A DNA stretch of 64,000 nt from Gordius albopunctatus. Its lineage: Eukaryota. The stretch spans positions 1,550,001-1,614,000 of the forward strand of contig OZ193909.1 in NCBI GenBank assembly GCA_964276515.1. Direction: 5' to 3'. Of this stretch, positions 61,101 through 64,000 are shown piece after piece. The notes under the pieces are model-generated. The model worked only from the letters and a program-made list of their open reading frames with translations. It was not told the origin of the DNA and made no database searches. Both the position numbers and the translations under genes were made by a program. Each line of letters opens with the position of its first letter. The stretch's first letter is position 1.

Positions 61101-63620
61101 GGAAATAAGATATATACAATTTACGGCACTGTCACATAAACAACACGAAAAGGAATGATTTCAGCTTTAAAAGAAATGAATAAATTTCTAAAAAAATAGG
61201 TTTAAAAGGAGTAATGAACATCAAAAAACAACTTAACCCCTTTAAGATTTGTATACAATTGCAGAGTATTTATTACAATTTGGGAGATAGAAGTGCACAC
61301 AATATCTTTGTAAGAATGACTTTTTGTTGCTGTTTGGGAATATTACAAAGTTTTCTTAACATCTCTTTCTATTATTCTTTGTATCAGAGTAGTAATACAA
61401 ATTTTCAAAATCACAAATTTTTCTGGACTTGAATAACAAAAATTTTCAGCTAAAAAACATACAATAAAGTTTTGTCAACTAACCAATTTCACGAGGAACA
61501 AGCAAAAAAAACAAGCATTGACACATGCTTAAACTTTAAATTCATATGAAAAGCTTTGATAAATAAGCTATAAAATGCTGAAGGGGGGTTGTTACAATAT
61601 TTTTAAAACTTATTTAAGGTTTTGGCATTTCTCATCACTTTTACCTTTGAGTGTATGTAGTAGTGTTGTAAAAAGGACTGGGTTTTGTTTGGTTGATTAA
61701 ACTATACAGACCAACGGTTTGTTTAATTTACCAAGACCAAAACCCAGTCCTTTTTACAACACTAGTGTGTAGAAGTGCTTAATACCTGAAGATGTTTTTA
61801 GAAAGTGTAAATCTCTGATCCAATCCAAATGGCCACGAAGAACTGTAGAAATTTCTTTGATGTCCAACACACTTTTAGAACCTAATTCCTGAGTAGTGGG
61901 GTTTATGGCAATCAGATATAATCGTATATCACCATTGGTAAGTCCACAAGCCATCAAAACTATTAAATGCGTAGGCATAATATTAAATCTTATGATAAAA
62001 TATACAATTTATTAATTTTTTTTTTAGTATTTTATTTATCATGTGGGTGGGCATTTAACCCTAGGTGATTTTAAAATTTGAGCTTATCTTAAAAGATCCT
62101 CCCACACATTTTTTTAGAAAGTTTAAAACTTGTTAACTGTTATCAAAAATTATGAATTTCTTAGAAGTATATCATGGAACCAAAAAATGAAGTACACAAT
62201 TTGACTGATATAGATTTTTTATTTTTGAATTTATTGACTTTTTTACGATTTATTAAAGGACACCGTAACGTAATAAATAGTTAAAAATATTAAAAAAACT
62301 TCCAACAAACTATTATATTGTGTGTATAATTTGGGCTTTCACGATATTTGTTATAGCAGTTATATTGCTAAATAGCTAACAAAGGTAAAGATGAGATGTT
62401 TAATTTATCTATGTTATTAAAAATAAAATGATAAATTTTTGATACTTTAACCAATAAATGGCCTAATCATGCAACACAACATATAAAGAGGGAGGAAGAT
62501 GCACAATGTCTTAATAAAAGTTATATCGTAATTTAAAAACAGGATGGGACAAGACATTTTCCCCAGGAAGTAAGCCCATAAATTGAAAAGCAATTAATAT
62601 TTAATAATTATGAAAATTTATGTTAATATCACTTTCTGTGGAGGTCAAAAGGGTGCTTGCTAAGCATAAACCAATTTCATAGCCCAGGGAAAGGCTCTGT
62701 GACATTAAAAGTTCTAAAATTTAAAAAATTAATAGCTTTAAGTTTGTGATAAATTCAACTTTATATTTAATTTATTAATTTTCATTCACTTCTCATAAAT
62801 TATGCCCAATTGATGCAATTTAAAATTTATAAAAATCCATATTGAAAAGGGCATCTCTCATAACACTAATCACTTCTCATTAGAAATAAATAACAATCCT
62901 AAGATATTACTAATATAACAAAAAACACACCATAATATTCATTCAAACTATTAGTATCCTACAATATAAGGTTAAATAAAATTAGAATTCACCCTTTTTC
63001 CTTAATATATTAATTTCCAAATACAAATGTCAATTTTTTGCTACCTTGTTTATTAGAAAGGGCAATATGCAATGTTGAGTCCATGCTGGTAGATAAAATT
63101 AATAAATGTTTGTTAATTAATTTTGTTGACACAGAAGTCACATGCTGATAGTGCCATTGAAATCTATACTTATATAAGCATTATAAGCAATAAAGTAACT
63201 AAATACTTGAATTGGTTATTATCTAACCATAATATTATAGTGCCATCTTTAGATGCAGAAATTAAAATTTCACCTATAAATAAACTTTAGCTAATACTAA
63301 GATAACATTTTATACTGAGAGACTCCACATCCCAGTTTAGAAATGTAATTTCATTGACATGACCATTTAGAATTTGAGTTATTTTGCCTGAATTCACAAC
63401 ATTACTTTCCTTTAAATAAAATGTTCATGAAAATATATTTTATTTTAAATGGTAAAAGACTATGCATTTTAAATTATAATATAAAACTTACATATGGAAT
63501 ATATAATGCTATAGAATTATGGAATGCATATGCAATTTGACCACTTTTATTCCAAGCAACTATGTTTGAACTTTTATTGCATCCAACACTAGCATATAAC
63601 AATTCGTAACTTTTTAGCAT
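49178..63620 (-). CDS. ELP2: Elongator complex protein 2 (WD40), about 20 exons
   Basis: MLKSYELLYASVGCNKSSNIVAWN (ATG 63620); LRGHLDWIRDL; LSCSQDCTIRIW (~60700); LESTLHAHKNWVYSVKW and SASIDETCILW (~56610-56865); LGFYG; TGHCGPVTDLCWAPRGQYLLTTSADQTTRLHAPW; ELCRSQIHGYDM..GAEEKIVRIFKAP; PTENLLHQSTLWPEE; LGGHSLTVTRMQFS..VSRDRTW; HSRIIWDC; ASGSEDFSIRL. Not every exon boundary was fixed. Confidence 0.93.
51411..51627. mobile_element. hAT MITE (TAGTGTTGTAAAAA family) in an ELP2 intron
   Basis: Long internal inverted symmetry (GGGTTTCATTTGGTCGA / TCGACCAAATGAAACCC); TSD TTTGGTAC / TTCGATAC. Confidence 0.75.
54784..55740 (-). mobile_element. Non-autonomous Helitron
   Basis: Minus strand begins TCTATATATATAAAG followed by a (GTAT)n microsatellite, ends with hairpin GCCAAAGCAACGCTTGGC about 10 nt before CTAG; inserted between A and T with no TSD. 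Confidence 0.8.
55844..55957. mobile_element. Short MITE-like remnant sharing the TIR of the 57511 hAT
   Basis: Starts TAGAGACCTGCACGGG, identical to the 57511 left end; ends TGCAGAGCTCTA; no TSD match. Confidence 0.55.
56381..56451 (-). pseudogene. tRNA-like sequence (Gln-TTG-like pseudogene or SINE head)
   Basis: 71 nt; perfect T-arm GCGGG-TTCAAAT-CCCGC; CTTTGAA anticodon-loop-like motif with mis-registered stem; acceptor GCTTGGG/TTTGGGC pairs mainly by G-U. Confidence 0.5.
57511..60055 (+). mobile_element. Full-length hobo/Hermes-like hAT transposon, 2545 bp, antisense in an ELP2 intron
   Basis: 12-bp TIRs TAGAGACCTGCA / TGCAGGTCTCTA; perfect TSD GTTAGCGT (57503-57510, 60056-60063); GGCCCGGCCCG subterminal arrays at both ends. 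Confidence 0.96.
57794..59842 (+). pseudogene. hAT transposase, 6 exons, 617 codons, one premature TAA
   Basis: Exons 57794-57989, 58032-58409, 58450-58626, 58667-58889, 58924-59462, 59502-59842 total 1854 nt in frame. BED finger CKAC..HLQRHKC, TTDMW (D), VTDQGSNM (D), CSAH, ETRWNS, PASSASSERCFS (E). In-frame TAA at 58067-58069. Confidence 0.9.
61661..61764. mobile_element. hAT MITE (TAGTGTTGTAAAAA family), 104 bp
   Basis: Perfect TIR TAGTGTTGTAAAAAGGACTGGGTTTTG and inverse; TSD GTATGTAG / GTGTGTAG; ~20 nt from an ELP2 splice donor. Confidence 0.88.
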
Positions 63621-64000
63621 TTTAATATTTAAAAAATAGATGCGGCATGGTCATATTATAAAATGCCCTCCAACTCGTTACAATTGTGCGTGTATATGTA
63701 CATACATTAGCGAGAGGAGAGGAATATAATTTATTAAATGATAAAAAAAACAATGATACACGAAAATTATAAAATGGCTAGTTAATATATCAATAGATAA
63801 CGATAACATTCCAATGAAAGTTAATTCTTTGTGTGTATTTTTTCTCTTATCACCTTGTGCGTATCACAACCAAATCACTTGGATTTGTTTCGCTACATAT
63901 ACTCCCCCTCTAAAAAAAGAAAAAAATATATACATTATAATTTATAAGAAGAAAATTTTTGTGGAGTAGTTATAGTTCTTTTATGTGTAGAAATACGTTG

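Overview
AT-rich eukaryotic DNA from an animal, probably an invertebrate (species not determinable here), with very short spliceosomal introns (many 34-50 bp) and a dense load of transposons. Host genes reconstructed by hand: mitochondrial peptide release factor (MTRF1L-like, +, 8127-13887), an SBK1/Meng-po-like kinase with GFD in place of DFG (-, 14184-17281), farnesyl diphosphate synthase (-, 25908-27323), an intronless class A peptide GPCR with a greatly enlarged first intracellular loop (+, 31906-33216), a GT10 alpha-1,3-fucosyltransferase (-, 39130-41251) with a decayed tandem paralog, and ELP2 (-, 49178-63620). The most notable object is a full-length hobo/Hermes-like hAT transposon in an ELP2 intron (57511-60055; 12-bp TIRs, perfect 8-bp TSD). 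Its transposase carries five host-sized micro-introns, each splitting a glycine codon, and one premature TAA. Also present: several hAT MITE families, a self-nested element forming interleaved inverted repeats, CRE-clade and RTE LINE relics, a DIRS-like relic interrupted by a Ty3/gypsy LTR with a tRNA-Trp PBS, a non-autonomous Helitron, a Helentron/DINE-like element with B-box repeats, a tRNA-Gln-like pseudogene and a degenerate hammerhead-like motif. All calls come from reading the sequence; no searches were run.
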